Source: a virus. From it: 64,000 bases of DNA. The stretch covers positions 157 to 64,156 of IMG/VR virus record IMGVR_UViG_3300020059_000002, one strand, 5' to 3'. The notes beneath the pieces were generated by a model. That model saw only the letters and a list, made by a program, of their open reading frames with translations. It ran no database searches and was not told where the DNA came from. Below, one piece after another: positions 24,716 to 34,551 of the stretch. The translations under genes were made by a program, and so were the position numbers. The first letter of the stretch is position 1; every line of letters starts with the position of its first letter.

Positions 24716-24726
24716 GGTTCCTCTTC

Positions 24727-25257
24727 TCAGAACGGGATGACTGCGATACGGCGGACAGAGAAGGTCCCGGTTCCGGCGGTGACCCGGTACTGCATGGTGA
24801 AGGTGTTGGACCCCGCAGTCAGTGTCTGGAGGAAGACACCTCCGTACCTCTGCCCTCCGTTGAAGGAGTGGTGCAGGGCCCGGCTGTCCGAGGACGCCGA
24901 GGTAGTAGCACCCGATACGGCGTAACTGGTCCAGATCCTGTTCCCGACAGCGTTGCTGTTGAAATTGGTGTACAGGATCACCAGAGCGAACGTTCCGGTA
25001 GTGACGGTGACAGCTGTGGTAAGAGCGTCCGCCAGGTTCCCGTATGAAGTAGACGTGGTGGTGCTGGAACCCAGATCTTCGTCCCCGGTGGGCGTCCGTT
25101 CAGAGATCTGGTTGACCCCACTGCTGGGGAACCAGCTACCTGTCTTCGTGGACTTGCCCGGACCGGTCTCCAGAAGGTTGTCCCTGATGTACTGGTTGAA
25201 GTCGGCAGCCCGGACAGACCCCCCGATCACTGCGGTCATGGGCGATGTCCAGGCCAT
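24727..25257 (-). CDS. Minor tail/fibre protein, paralog 2
   Basis: Same motifs. Confidence 0.75.
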   Translation of the reverse strand: MAWTSPMTAVIGGSVRAADFNQYIRDNLLETGPGKSTKTGSWFPSSGVNQISERTPTGDEDLGSSTTTSTSYGNLADALTTAVTVTTGTFALVILYTNFNSNAVGNRIWTSYAVSGATTSASSDSRALHHSFNGGQRYGGVFLQTLTAGSNTFTMQYRVTAGTGTFSVRRIAVIPF

Positions 25258-25260
25258 TCC

Positions 25261-25545
25261 TCACACTCCAGTCACGGGAGCTGTTTCCCACGGAGCAGGG
25301 GTGACGGGCTCCGGAGTGGGTCCCCAGGCAGACGCCCGCACGGCGTTGACGGCCTGGAGAAGATCCGTGTCGGTGAGGACACCCTTCTTCACCAGGATGT
25401 CGAGCAGTACCGCCTGAACGGACAGAACGGACAGCATGGCAGTACGGGTGGGCTTCGGCTCAAAGCTGAGGTCTGTCCCCAGCCGTCTGCCGATGTCCCA
25501 GGCCAGGTCTCTCATGATCTTCACGTACTGCGGAATGGTGGCCAT
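25261..25545 (-). CDS. Hypothetical protein
   Basis: GAGGAG RBS, 94 aa, between tail paralogs. Confidence 0.7.
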   Translation of the reverse strand: MATIPQYVKIMRDLAWDIGRRLGTDLSFEPKPTRTAMLSVLSVQAVLLDILVKKGVLTDTDLLQAVNAVRASAWGPTPEPVTPAPWETAPVTGV

Positions 25546-25555
25546 GCCTTGCTCC

Positions 25556-26098
25556 TCACAGGGGAAGAACCATCATTTCCCGGTTCTGGAACGACCCGGT
25601 TCCGGACGCACCGACCCGGTACTTCATGGTGAAAGTGTTAGTACCTGCGGTGAGGCCGGTGAACGCATGGAAAGATGACCCACGGACGTAGTTCCCGAGG
25701 GTGACGCCGTCTGTGGAGTGCTGCCACACGTTGCTGGCCGCCACAGTGCTGGCACCCGATACAGCCACTGAACACGCGGTTTCGTTGTCGTTGGCACTGT
25801 GCGCCTGAGCGGCTGCGAACCACACCAGGGCAATCGTCCCTGTGGACACGGAGATCTGGGGTCCGACAGTACTCAGATCCGCATACGAAGTGGACGTAGT
25901 GGTCTGGTTTGTGGCGACCGCACTGGTGGCCGGAGTCCTGGTGGCGATCGCGTTCGCAGCGGTGGAAACGAACAGCTGGGACGCGGCGGTCGCCTTGGCC
26001 GGAGCAGTCTCGTTCAGGTTGTCCCTGACGTACTGATTGAACTGAGCAGCGGTGAACGTCGCTCCTGCCACCGCCGTCATTGGGGCTGTCCAGGACAC
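25556..26098 (-). CDS. Minor tail/fibre protein, paralog 1
   Basis: MSWTAPMTAVAGA...AGTNTFTMKYR. Confidence 0.75.
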   Translation of the reverse strand: MSWTAPMTAVAGATFTAAQFNQYVRDNLNETAPAKATAASQLFVSTAANAIATRTPATSAVATNQTTTSTSYADLSTVGPQISVSTGTIALVWFAAAQAHSANDNETACSVAVSGASTVAASNVWQHSTDGVTLGNYVRGSSFHAFTGLTAGTNTFTMKYRVGASGTGSFQNREMMVLPL

Positions 26099-26099
26099 T

Positions 26100-26489
26100 T
26101 CAGATCAGCCCCTTCACGGATTCGTTGCTGATCCCGTGAGCGTCGTTCTCCTCCAGGAGATCACTGATGCTCTGTCCGTGAGGGATCCGGAAGTTGACTG
26201 CCACCGGATGATCCTGCGGATACCAGTTCCGGTTGGACGGCACCGGACGGACCATGAGCGCGGCCAGGATCCCGCTCTCCTGACGGGGCCAGGAGATCTC
26301 CGACTGCATCCCGCAGTAGGAACACAGATAGAAGCCCCTCCGCTGGTCCCTGGGACCCTTCAGTCGGCTGGGGGTGTACAGGAACTCCACGTTCCCGCAA
26401 CCGGAGCGCGGGCAGTCCGCCACCCAGTCTCCGCAGTACACGTACGCGCGGGCCATGGGGACTGCCTCGACTGGCTCTTCAAAGGTCAT
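26100..26489 (-). CDS. Tail-region protein with Cys motifs
   Basis: WVADCPRSGCG...LCSYCG...RNWYP. Confidence 0.7.
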   Translation of the reverse strand: MTFEEPVEAVPMARAYVYCGDWVADCPRSGCGNVEFLYTPSRLKGPRDQRRGFYLCSYCGMQSEISWPRQESGILAALMVRPVPSNRNWYPQDHPVAVNFRIPHGQSISDLLEENDAHGISNESVKGLI

Positions 26490-26495
26490 GTGCCC

Positions 26496-28868
26496 TCACG
26501 TTCCGAACAGTCCGGTGTCGAACATGCCCTGAGTCGGATGATCGAAGATGAATACGGTGTCCGAGTCGTCTGCCGAGATCGGATCGAACACACCGTCGTC
26601 GAACCCGGATCCTCGCACGTCGAACCGGAAGGGATTCACGGTGAGGTTCAGCGTCCGTTCGCACCCGAGGATCACGGAGTGCACCGGAGCGTGCCCGGCC
26701 TGGTTGATCCGCTGGATTGTATGGGTCACCCGTTCGACGAAGTAGTCGTCATCGATCCCCATTTCGTCGTTGGTGACGTGGATCCGGTCGGAGATCGTCC
26801 GGTTCAGCACCTGGAGGAAATGAGCCGGATCAGAGGTGACGACCCTGAGCTGAATGGTGGGCCTGCGGTGGGCATAGTGAAGAAGGATCATGTCGGCGAT
26901 CGCGCTCGCGTCGTTGGCGTTCGCCCACGGAGCCGTGTCCGGGTAGCTCTTCTCCCCGTGACTGGTGACGGACCCGGAGTCGGTCTTCTCCACCTTGACC
27001 GTCCTCATGACGGGGATCAGACGTCCCCTGAGCTTCAGGGCGGAGATCACTACCGATCCTCCGACAGCCAAGAGAGTGATCTTCACTGACTGTCCTGAAC
27101 CCCGGTCCATGGTGACGTTCACTGTCCCGGCACCGGACGCAGTGAAGTCCGTACCCACCACTGGAGTGACCGCATCCTTGAACGGGTCACTTCCGGAGAC
27201 GTCGATGGAGACGCTCTGTCCGATGGACAGGACATAGACGTCATCCGACTGCCAGACGTCTTCCAGAGAAGACGAAGCAGTGCGCTCCGAGACATCGAAG
27301 GAGACCGTGTTCACGATGTCCCGGAGGCCGTGCTGATAGATCCAGGGCTTGGCGATACTGAACCCGGTGAGAGGCGGAGAACTACAGTCGAATGCTTCCG
27401 CCACGAAGGTTCCCTGGGACGTCAGGGAAGACGAGTTCTGAATCCTGTGGTGCCTGTCCCGGAAGATGAATGTTCCGTCGGGAGAGACGTAGGAGATCGC
27501 TGGGGGACCCTCTGATTTCACAAGATCCTGGATCGCGGTGAGCGCGTCAGTTCCCTCTGCCCACCAGTACTTCACGATGGTGGCCCCGAGATCTATGTCC
27601 CGGGCGGCTGTCCATCCCGCCAGGTCGAGAATCGTATCGATGATGTCTCCGGTGCGGAGAGATTCGTACACAGCGGTGGAAAGCTTCACTCCCTGGAGGA
27701 GATTCAGCCCGTCCAGGAAACTGAAGGAGACGGTCCGGTCCTCGAAGTCAGCCTTCACGTCGTAGTCATCGATCTTCCCCCGGAAGAGAGGGAAGGTGGT
27801 CCCGGCCCACACCACTTCGAACTTGGCGTCACGCGCAGGATCCAGGTCGCCGAACAAGGGACCGGAAGCGTACTCCGGACTGTAGGTACGGCTGACGTTG
27901 CACAAACGTGCACTCGCACTGCCGACTGCTCCGGGAGAGAGCTGGCGCTCCTGGTTCCGGCCATAGGTGATCACTATGTCGTCGATTTCGTCCGACGTGA
28001 CGTTCTCCCCCACATCGTCAAAGGTCCCATCCTGGTCCCAGTCGATTTTCATCGAGTACGCAGGTATCCCGCTCGCACCGCAGAGATCCCACGGCCCCTG
28101 GACGGTGGACGACGCGGCACCGAAAGCAGTACCTGTCCCCGACGCCACATCGGCTATCGCGACCGCTCCCCCCGCCACAGGAGCAGGGCGGATCACGACG
28201 GAAATCATGACTGACCCGAACTCCACCACCGCACTCGCGGTGGTGGTCCGCACTGTCTGGGCGCCTGTGCCCAAAGCAGTGTTCGAGTCGTACATGGCCC
28301 CCGACTGAGGCTGGTCGAAACTCAGGCTGTCATCCACCCGTTCGACATCTGTTCCGACAGAGTCGGTGAAGGTCTTGGACGTGTCCGAACCCGTGGACCT
28401 CAGGGTGATGAGCCAGCAGTTGACCAGAGCGGTGGAGAGAGCCGGGTGAGCCTGAGCAGCAGTCGTGGAATTCGTAGCTGCGGTGTTCCACTCCCCGATC
28501 GGGGTGGTGGTATCGCACCCGCTGTACGCAGCGATCCACGCCAGAACATACGGCTTGCCGACAGGCCAGGCAGCCGAGCTGAAGCTGACGGTGACGGACG
28601 AACCCAGGGCCCCATTGTCTATCCGGTAGAACAGGGAAAACCTGGTGTAGACCCGGTACGGACTGGAGGAACTGGTTCCTGATGAAGTCTGGGTGAGCCG
28701 GGTCCATCCGGCTGGGGTGGTGGGGCCCGTGGTGTCGTCGTCCAAGACCACCATCAGCAGAAGGTCGTTCGACACATGGCCTGCGGGCATGGCAACAGTG
28801 GGGGACGTACCCGTGACCCCCGTATCAACCTTGGTCCGGGCTCCGACCGAGCGGAAAGCAATCGCCAT
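26496..28868 (-). CDS. Minor tail protein (distal/baseplate) with N-terminal accessory domain
   Basis: 790 aa directly after tape measure; IDWDQDGTFDD, LFRGKIDDY. Confidence 0.8.
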   Translation of the reverse strand: MAIAFRSVGARTKVDTGVTGTSPTVAMPAGHVSNDLLLMVVLDDDTTGPTTPAGWTRLTQTSSGTSSSSPYRVYTRFSLFYRIDNGALGSSVTVSFSSAAWPVGKPYVLAWIAAYSGCDTTTPIGEWNTAATNSTTAAQAHPALSTALVNCWLITLRSTGSDTSKTFTDSVGTDVERVDDSLSFDQPQSGAMYDSNTALGTGAQTVRTTTASAVVEFGSVMISVVIRPAPVAGGAVAIADVASGTGTAFGAASSTVQGPWDLCGASGIPAYSMKIDWDQDGTFDDVGENVTSDEIDDIVITYGRNQERQLSPGAVGSASARLCNVSRTYSPEYASGPLFGDLDPARDAKFEVVWAGTTFPLFRGKIDDYDVKADFEDRTVSFSFLDGLNLLQGVKLSTAVYESLRTGDIIDTILDLAGWTAARDIDLGATIVKYWWAEGTDALTAIQDLVKSEGPPAISYVSPDGTFIFRDRHHRIQNSSSLTSQGTFVAEAFDCSSPPLTGFSIAKPWIYQHGLRDIVNTVSFDVSERTASSSLEDVWQSDDVYVLSIGQSVSIDVSGSDPFKDAVTPVVGTDFTASGAGTVNVTMDRGSGQSVKITLLAVGGSVVISALKLRGRLIPVMRTVKVEKTDSGSVTSHGEKSYPDTAPWANANDASAIADMILLHYAHRRPTIQLRVVTSDPAHFLQVLNRTISDRIHVTNDEMGIDDDYFVERVTHTIQRINQAGHAPVHSVILGCERTLNLTVNPFRFDVRGSGFDDGVFDPISADDSDTVFIFDHPTQGMFDTGLFGT

Positions 28869-31800
28869 CAGGCAGTACCCCCCAGAGAACGGGGAAGACG
28901 TCCCTGACGCCTGAGCTGGTCAAGGGAGTCGTTCAGCCACCTGTATGTCTCTTCACGGGAACCGATGACCCCGTGATTCACCACTGTCAGATTCACTGTG
29001 GTGGGCGCACCTGCCTGGCTGTCACGTCCCAGGGACAAACGGCTGGTCAGCCTCTCGAAAGCAGCTGTCTGCCGAGGACTCAGGACACGCTCGGGAGCGT
29101 TGGTCATCTTGGGCATGAAGCCCATTCCACGGGCAATGCCGCCCTGGTCGTACCAGTGCGGAGACCTCTTCAGCCATGCTGAATAGGCGTTGACGGGGCT
29201 CCCGTACCTGGATTTGATGTACTTCTCGCCCCACCTGATCTGAGTAGCCGCGTTGGTCTTCCAGTCAGGCCCCTCGCTGGCCATCTTGTTACCCGGAAGT
29301 GACTGCGGAATGCCTGTGGCCCCTGAGGAAGCGTTGTACGCGTTCGACCTCCAGCCGGACTCTCCCTGCCACAGGGCCTTCAGCGCAGGCCACTGAGAGG
29401 GGCCCCAGCCCATGGATTTCAGGTACATCTGCGCGTACTGCTGTGCGGCCCCGACTGCGGACGCGTTCCCGAGGCCGACTGCACCTCCGAGAGTCGCCAG
29501 ACCTGACTTGATCTTCCCGACCACATCGGCGATCGTGTCCCCGGTCCCGTAGATGAACGACCCGACACCCTTGAATCCGATCTTCAGGCCCTTGAGCAGG
29601 CCACCCATGAGCGCCCTGCCCGCAGGAGTCAGGAGACGGGCGTCCAGGGAGATCGGTCCCTTGTGATCTTTGATCCACTTGGCGATCCCGCTCACCCACT
29701 TGGTCAGGTCGCCCCACTTGTCCTTCAGCCCCTTGAGGAGACCGCTGAGAACGTCCCTGCCCTTCTGATACAGGAGCTTTCCCACGTTCCCCAGTGAGCC
29801 TGAGATGGCCGCTCGGCGCCCGTTCACCCATCCGCTTGCGGCAGACCAGTAGGACTTGAACCCGTTCAGGAGTCCGCTGATGACGTCCCGGCCCTTCTGG
29901 TGCAGCCAGGTCCCTGCGTTCCGGAAGAAGTTGAGGACAGGCCTGAAGATGTGGTTCGAGAACCAGGTGACGATCGTACTGGCGACCGCCAGATGTCCCT
30001 TGATCAGGCCTATAAGAACGTCCCGGCCCTTCTGGTACAGCCAGGACCCTCCGTTCCGGAAGAAGTTGACCACTGGATGAAAGACGTGGTTCATGAACCA
30101 GGTGCTGAGCGTCTGAGCGATCGCCGCATACCCGCGCAGCATTCCGAGAATCTGGTTCTTCCCCTTGTCGTACAGCCAGGTTCCAGCTGTCTTGAAGAAG
30201 TTGACCACTGGATGGAAGATATGGTCACTCAGCCACTGGCCAGCTCCCATAGCGATCTTCAGCATCCCGGAGAACAGGCCCCGGATCAGATCGATCCCGA
30301 GAACAGCCATGACAAGGGACGGGGAGTGAATCCCGAATACGACCTTGAAGTAGTCCACGATGCCGTGCCAGAGCGTTTTGAAAAACGCGGGGACACTTTT
30401 GGTGAAGAAGTCGGTGGCTCCTTTGAAGAGACCTTTGATCAGGTTCTCACCCATGTTGATCAGTGCGTCGTTCCCGCTGGACACGGATTTTCCCAGCTTG
30501 CCCGGAAGATCACTGAAGAAGGATGCGGCTGCCTTGGCCGCAGCTGAGAACCAGTGCCCGATCTTCCCTGGGAGAGTACTGAAGAATCCTGCTATCTGGA
30601 CGGGGAGATCGATCATTATCTTTCTCACGCCGTGGGCGAAGTCGACGGCGAAATCGATCACAGCATGAAAAGCAATCTTGGCCCCATCAACGATCTTATT
30701 CCAGTTCCGGACGATGTACAGAACTGCAAGTCCGACCGGTCCAGCCAGGAGAGCCAGGATCAGGGGCCAGTTGTGCTTGACCCAGTCGATCGCGGTCCCG
30801 AACGCATGAGTCACTCCATCCCAGTGCCTGACGATCATCGCTGCTGCGAGGCCGATGGGTCCGGTCAAGATGGTGAAGACGATGAGCTGCCAGTTGTTCT
30901 TCAGCCACCCGACGAACCCTGACACCACACCTCTGATGAACCCCCACACGGCTTTCCAGGTCTTCTGGAAGAACTGGGTCTGGGTGGCCAGATAGATGAT
31001 TCCGGCGATCAGAGCGGCGATTCCGATGACGATCAGGCCTATCCCTGACGCAGCGAACGCTGCATTCCAGGCCCATTGCGCGGCAGTGGCTACCGCAGTC
31101 CAGGCAGCCTGGAGCTTGGTCCAGACGAAAAGGGCTGCGAGCTGCACCCTCATAATCATCAGGCTGTCTGTCTGAGCCAGAGTGGCGATCGTCCAGGCTG
31201 CCTGTGCAGCGGCTGCGATCGCGGTGTACGCAGCGTAGATCTTCGTTCCGATGTACACCGCGCTGAGCACCCCGAGCAGGGACACGAGTGCGATCACCAG
31301 GGCGAAGACGACGTTCTTGTGCTCACCCATGAATTTGATGATCCCGCTCACCACTGGGATGAGCTTGGTCCCTATCTCGATCATGAGAACGCGAACGGTC
31401 TGCTTGGCACGGTCGAGCTGGACATTCAGAAGATTCTGAGTAATCTTCCATCCTTCTACGTCCTTGGTCCCGTTGTGGAAGCTCTCCCCCACCTTCTTCA
31501 CGCGTTCTTCAAACCCTGCCTGGCTCTCACCAGTGAGCTGGAGAATCGTGTTCAGACCGATGGCACCGCCGGACATTTTCTTGATCGAGTCCGTGAATGT
31601 CTTCGCGGCAGGACCGCCAGACTTCAGCTCCCTGGAGAATCCCCGGGAACGGTTGACCAGAGTGGTCAGATTCCGGAGCATCGGCTGAGTCTCGGTCGTA
31701 CCTCCCTTGACCACTGCCTTCCAGTCGTCCAGCTCGATGGTCCCGGCAGCGAAAGCCTTGGCCTGCTTCTGGAGTTCTGGAGGAAGCTTGCTGATCATGA

Positions 31801-32743
31801 TCCGGGCGTCTTCGGCGCTCTGTTTGGTCCCCTCGAACGCGCTCAGCAGGATCTTCCCGCTCGGGCCCATCTTGCTCAGGACAGTGGTGGTCAGGAGATC
31901 GATCGTCCCGGTAAGCCCGCGCTTGCCCAGCTTCTGGCTGACATCCACGGAAGACAGTCCGAAGCGCGCCATCTCCCTGGAGGCAACCATGTTCGGGGAA
32001 GCCAGATTCCGGATCGTCGCTCCGAGTTCGTGGGTGGCCTCACGGGCTGACGTGCCGTGCTGGGTCAGGGTCGCGACCGCACCTGCCACCTGTTCGAACG
32101 AGATCTTGTTGGCGCTCGCGATCGGAAGCACGGTGGACATGGCACCGGAGAACTCCTCCATGGTGATCTTGCCTTCACCTGCGGCCGTCTTCATCCCGTT
32201 CATGACCTTCACGGAATCCGTGGCCTGGAGGTGATAGCTGGCCATGATGGACGTCATCGCGTTGGTCACGTCGGAGAGCTGTGCGTTCTCCTCACGGGCA
32301 CCCTGTGCGGCAGCCTTCAGGACCTTCAGGCCGTCCGCTCCCCGGAAGCCCGCCTTCTCGATCAGGTACATGCCGTCCGTCAGGTTCTTGATCCCTGTGC
32401 CTGTCCCCTTGGAGATGTCCAGGATTCCGGCACGGACCACCTTCAGACCAGCTGCGGACTCACCTGCCGCTGTCTGGAGAACAGCTGTCTCAGCCTGGAA
32501 GTCGCCAGCCATCTTTACTGAGACAGCTGCGACCCCCAGGCCCAGTGCTGAAACACCTTTGCCTACCTTAGCCATGGAAGTAACCGTGGTGGCGGCAGAA
32601 GCACGGAGTCCAGCAGCCGAGCCATCCATCTGGGCCTTGGCGATACGCATGTCTGCCGCAAGAGCCTTACCCCACTTTTTAAAGTCAGGAAGGATTTCGA
32701 CAAGGCCACGACCGACAACGGCAGACGCACCGAACTCAGACAT
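28868..32743 (-). CDS. Tape measure protein with C-terminal lytic transglycosylase-like domain
   Basis: 1291 aa helical/aromatic repeats; LWQGESGW...GIPQ...QIRWGEKYIKSRYG. Confidence 0.92.
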   Translation of the reverse strand: MSEFGASAVVGRGLVEILPDFKKWGKALAADMRIAKAQMDGSAAGLRASAATTVTSMAKVGKGVSALGLGVAAVSVKMAGDFQAETAVLQTAAGESAAGLKVVRAGILDISKGTGTGIKNLTDGMYLIEKAGFRGADGLKVLKAAAQGAREENAQLSDVTNAMTSIMASYHLQATDSVKVMNGMKTAAGEGKITMEEFSGAMSTVLPIASANKISFEQVAGAVATLTQHGTSAREATHELGATIRNLASPNMVASREMARFGLSSVDVSQKLGKRGLTGTIDLLTTTVLSKMGPSGKILLSAFEGTKQSAEDARIMISKLPPELQKQAKAFAAGTIELDDWKAVVKGGTTETQPMLRNLTTLVNRSRGFSRELKSGGPAAKTFTDSIKKMSGGAIGLNTILQLTGESQAGFEERVKKVGESFHNGTKDVEGWKITQNLLNVQLDRAKQTVRVLMIEIGTKLIPVVSGIIKFMGEHKNVVFALVIALVSLLGVLSAVYIGTKIYAAYTAIAAAAQAAWTIATLAQTDSLMIMRVQLAALFVWTKLQAAWTAVATAAQWAWNAAFAASGIGLIVIGIAALIAGIIYLATQTQFFQKTWKAVWGFIRGVVSGFVGWLKNNWQLIVFTILTGPIGLAAAMIVRHWDGVTHAFGTAIDWVKHNWPLILALLAGPVGLAVLYIVRNWNKIVDGAKIAFHAVIDFAVDFAHGVRKIMIDLPVQIAGFFSTLPGKIGHWFSAAAKAAASFFSDLPGKLGKSVSSGNDALINMGENLIKGLFKGATDFFTKSVPAFFKTLWHGIVDYFKVVFGIHSPSLVMAVLGIDLIRGLFSGMLKIAMGAGQWLSDHIFHPVVNFFKTAGTWLYDKGKNQILGMLRGYAAIAQTLSTWFMNHVFHPVVNFFRNGGSWLYQKGRDVLIGLIKGHLAVASTIVTWFSNHIFRPVLNFFRNAGTWLHQKGRDVISGLLNGFKSYWSAASGWVNGRRAAISGSLGNVGKLLYQKGRDVLSGLLKGLKDKWGDLTKWVSGIAKWIKDHKGPISLDARLLTPAGRALMGGLLKGLKIGFKGVGSFIYGTGDTIADVVGKIKSGLATLGGAVGLGNASAVGAAQQYAQMYLKSMGWGPSQWPALKALWQGESGWRSNAYNASSGATGIPQSLPGNKMASEGPDWKTNAATQIRWGEKYIKSRYGSPVNAYSAWLKRSPHWYDQGGIARGMGFMPKMTNAPERVLSPRQTAAFERLTSRLSLGRDSQAGAPTTVNLTVVNHGVIGSREETYRWLNDSLDQLRRQGRLPRSLGGTA

Positions 32744-33115
32744 CTACACCCGTGCTCCCATCGCCCTCATGGCTTCCAGGGCGGACTGACTTGCCTGCTC
32801 GTCTCCCGCCCACCAGGAGGGAGCGCCTTCCTCGATCTTTTCTTCCGCGTACTTGTTTCCTTCACCGGGCACCTGCCACCTCAGGACACCTAGATCGTTG
32901 TCGAACCCTCTGCGGACGTCTTCGGGCTTCTCGTTCTCTCCTACGTCGAGCCGCTGGACCATCTCGCTGTAGATCACATTCAGGAAACGGTCTGCATCGA
33001 GCCCGAGGAGATCAATTCCTTTGCCGGTGAACCGTCCGTCAAGCTCGTGCCAGGTTCCTGGCTGGAGGGCCCAGAGGACGAGTCCCCGGGCTGTTCCGTA
33101 GGGCGCAGGCCGTAC
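32744..33115 (-). CDS. Tail assembly chaperone C-terminal extension (predicted -1 frameshift product)
   Basis: The -1 frame is open from about 33115 (PYGTARGLVLWALQPGTWHELDG...DRFLNVIYSE) to the stop at 32744. Confidence 0.7.
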   Translation of the reverse strand, partial: VRPAPYGTARGLVLWALQPGTWHELDGRFTGKGIDLLGLDADRFLNVIYSEMVQRLDVGENEKPEDVRRGFDNDLGVLRWQVPGEGNKYAEEKIEEGAPSWWAGDEQASQSALEAMRAMGARV

Positions 33116-33402
33116 TCACTCATGATCCACTGAATGATCTCGTTCGCCTGGTCCAGCTCGATCGGATCCAGGGCATTGCTCATCCGGTCATGGAAGAGCC
33201 GATAGGAGTCAGGGACCAGGACCATTTTCAAAGTCCCGATCATGGTGTTGATGCCCTGCTCCGACGTCATCTCGTCGCCGATCTTCTCTACCTCAAGGGT
33301 GAAGTCGATCAAGGTCTGAGCCGGAAGTCTGGGATGACACCGGAAAATGTCCTGGTCGATCTGGAATTCGATCACGCGCGGCTGTCGGGTGAAGTCTCTC
33401 AT
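32980..33402 (-). CDS. Tail assembly chaperone
   Basis: Upstream of tape measure; ends ...EYGLRPTEQP... Confidence 0.8.
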   Translation of the reverse strand: MRDFTRQPRVIEFQIDQDIFRCHPRLPAQTLIDFTLEVEKIGDEMTSEQGINTMIGTLKMVLVPDSYRLFHDRMSNALDPIELDQANEIIQWIMSEYGLRPTEQPGDSSSGPSSQEPGTSLTDGSPAKELISSGSMQTVS

Positions 33403-33466
33403 TGGATCAACGTAACAGCGAGGGCCGCTTGATCTTTCCGGGACTCGTATGCGGAGACCTGCACGG

Positions 33467-33613
33467 TTATGCGGTCACCATGAGTAAATATAAGAGAAGA
33501 TACTGACACGTAGAGTCAGAAAAGCTCTGTACGGCTCTCTGATGAGATCCTTTGACATGAGTGGTACATGCGGTCCACCGCATCGAGACAGGGATTTCCG
33601 CAGGTCAGAGCTT
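33467..33613. repeat. Dispersed repeat copy B
   Basis: Matches 7875-8022 (see copy A). Confidence 0.9.
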
Positions 33614-33670
33614 TATCGTCTTCAAGATGTTACCAGGCAGTAAGGAGAGACTGCATAGTCACTCACGTGA

Positions 33671-34045
33671 TCAAATCCGCTTTGCAGCCAGAAGAGCTTT
33701 CCAGAGAAAGTTATTTTCCTTCGTCCCCGGATGACGGACGATCTTCGCGTAGACCGTGGTTCCCTTCACGTCGAACTTCAGCATCTTCGCTTTGCGGGGA
33801 CGGATCTCGTGAGGCTTGGTGCCACGGAGCACGTACATGGCCGCAGTGTGATCACACACTACGATCCCCATCGGGGAACCGCCCCCGGTGATGATCGGCC
33901 GTATGTGCTGCTTCATCGAACCCGGAGCGATGAGCCGCGCGTTCATCGCAGTCTTGGTGGTGATCGACGCGACCAGCGCGGCAGACGATTTTCTCGCAAG
34001 AGAACCCGCCGCTTTCGGGTCGATCGTCATGAAGTCCTTAGGCAT
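33671..34045 (-). CDS. HK97 gp10-like tail/neck protein
   Basis: GTKPHEIRP...VRHPGTKENNFL; basic; position in tail operon. Confidence 0.75.
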   Translation of the reverse strand: MPKDFMTIDPKAAGSLARKSSAALVASITTKTAMNARLIAPGSMKQHIRPIITGGGSPMGIVVCDHTAAMYVLRGTKPHEIRPRKAKMLKFDVKGTTVYAKIVRHPGTKENNFLWKALLAAKRI

Positions 34046-34047
34046 GA

Positions 34048-34551
34048 TCAGTTCCTTTGCAGCCCGACCCGGAGACGTAGCTCCGTCCCTACGCAGGCAC
34101 CCAGGGGGCCAAGAGGCATCTGCGTGTCGATGATGTAGTTCTCGATCTCCATCGCCTCGCGCATGGCACAGAGCTTGAAGCTCACTGCCTTCATCACTTC
34201 ATACGCATCTTGTCGGACCATCTGAGCACTCGCGTCCAGTTCCGTCACGGAAGGAGCAAGCTTCTGTCCTGTGGCAACCGGAGCGCACCTCATGAGCTGG
34301 AGAATCACTTCCCCGACTTCGTACGGAGCCCAGCACGCATCCGACAGGTCTGCACTCGCACGCTGGTCAGGAAACGTCTCACTGATGTACACCAGGCCGG
34401 TTGACGCGTACAGAGCCCCACAGGAACAGTTGTCCCAGGAGATCGTGGCAGGGACGACCCCGGATCTGTCGACCTGAGTGCTCAGTTCGCTCAGCACTTG
34501 ATCGAGGAGAGTCCTGGTCACGGTATACCACTTCTGCGCACCAGTGATCAT
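34048..34551 (-). CDS. Putative tail terminator/completion protein
   Basis: Synteny in neck region. Confidence 0.6.
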   Translation of the reverse strand: MITGAQKWYTVTRTLLDQVLSELSTQVDRSGVVPATISWDNCSCGALYASTGLVYISETFPDQRASADLSDACWAPYEVGEVILQLMRCAPVATGQKLAPSVTELDASAQMVRQDAYEVMKAVSFKLCAMREAMEIENYIIDTQMPLGPLGACVGTELRLRVGLQRN

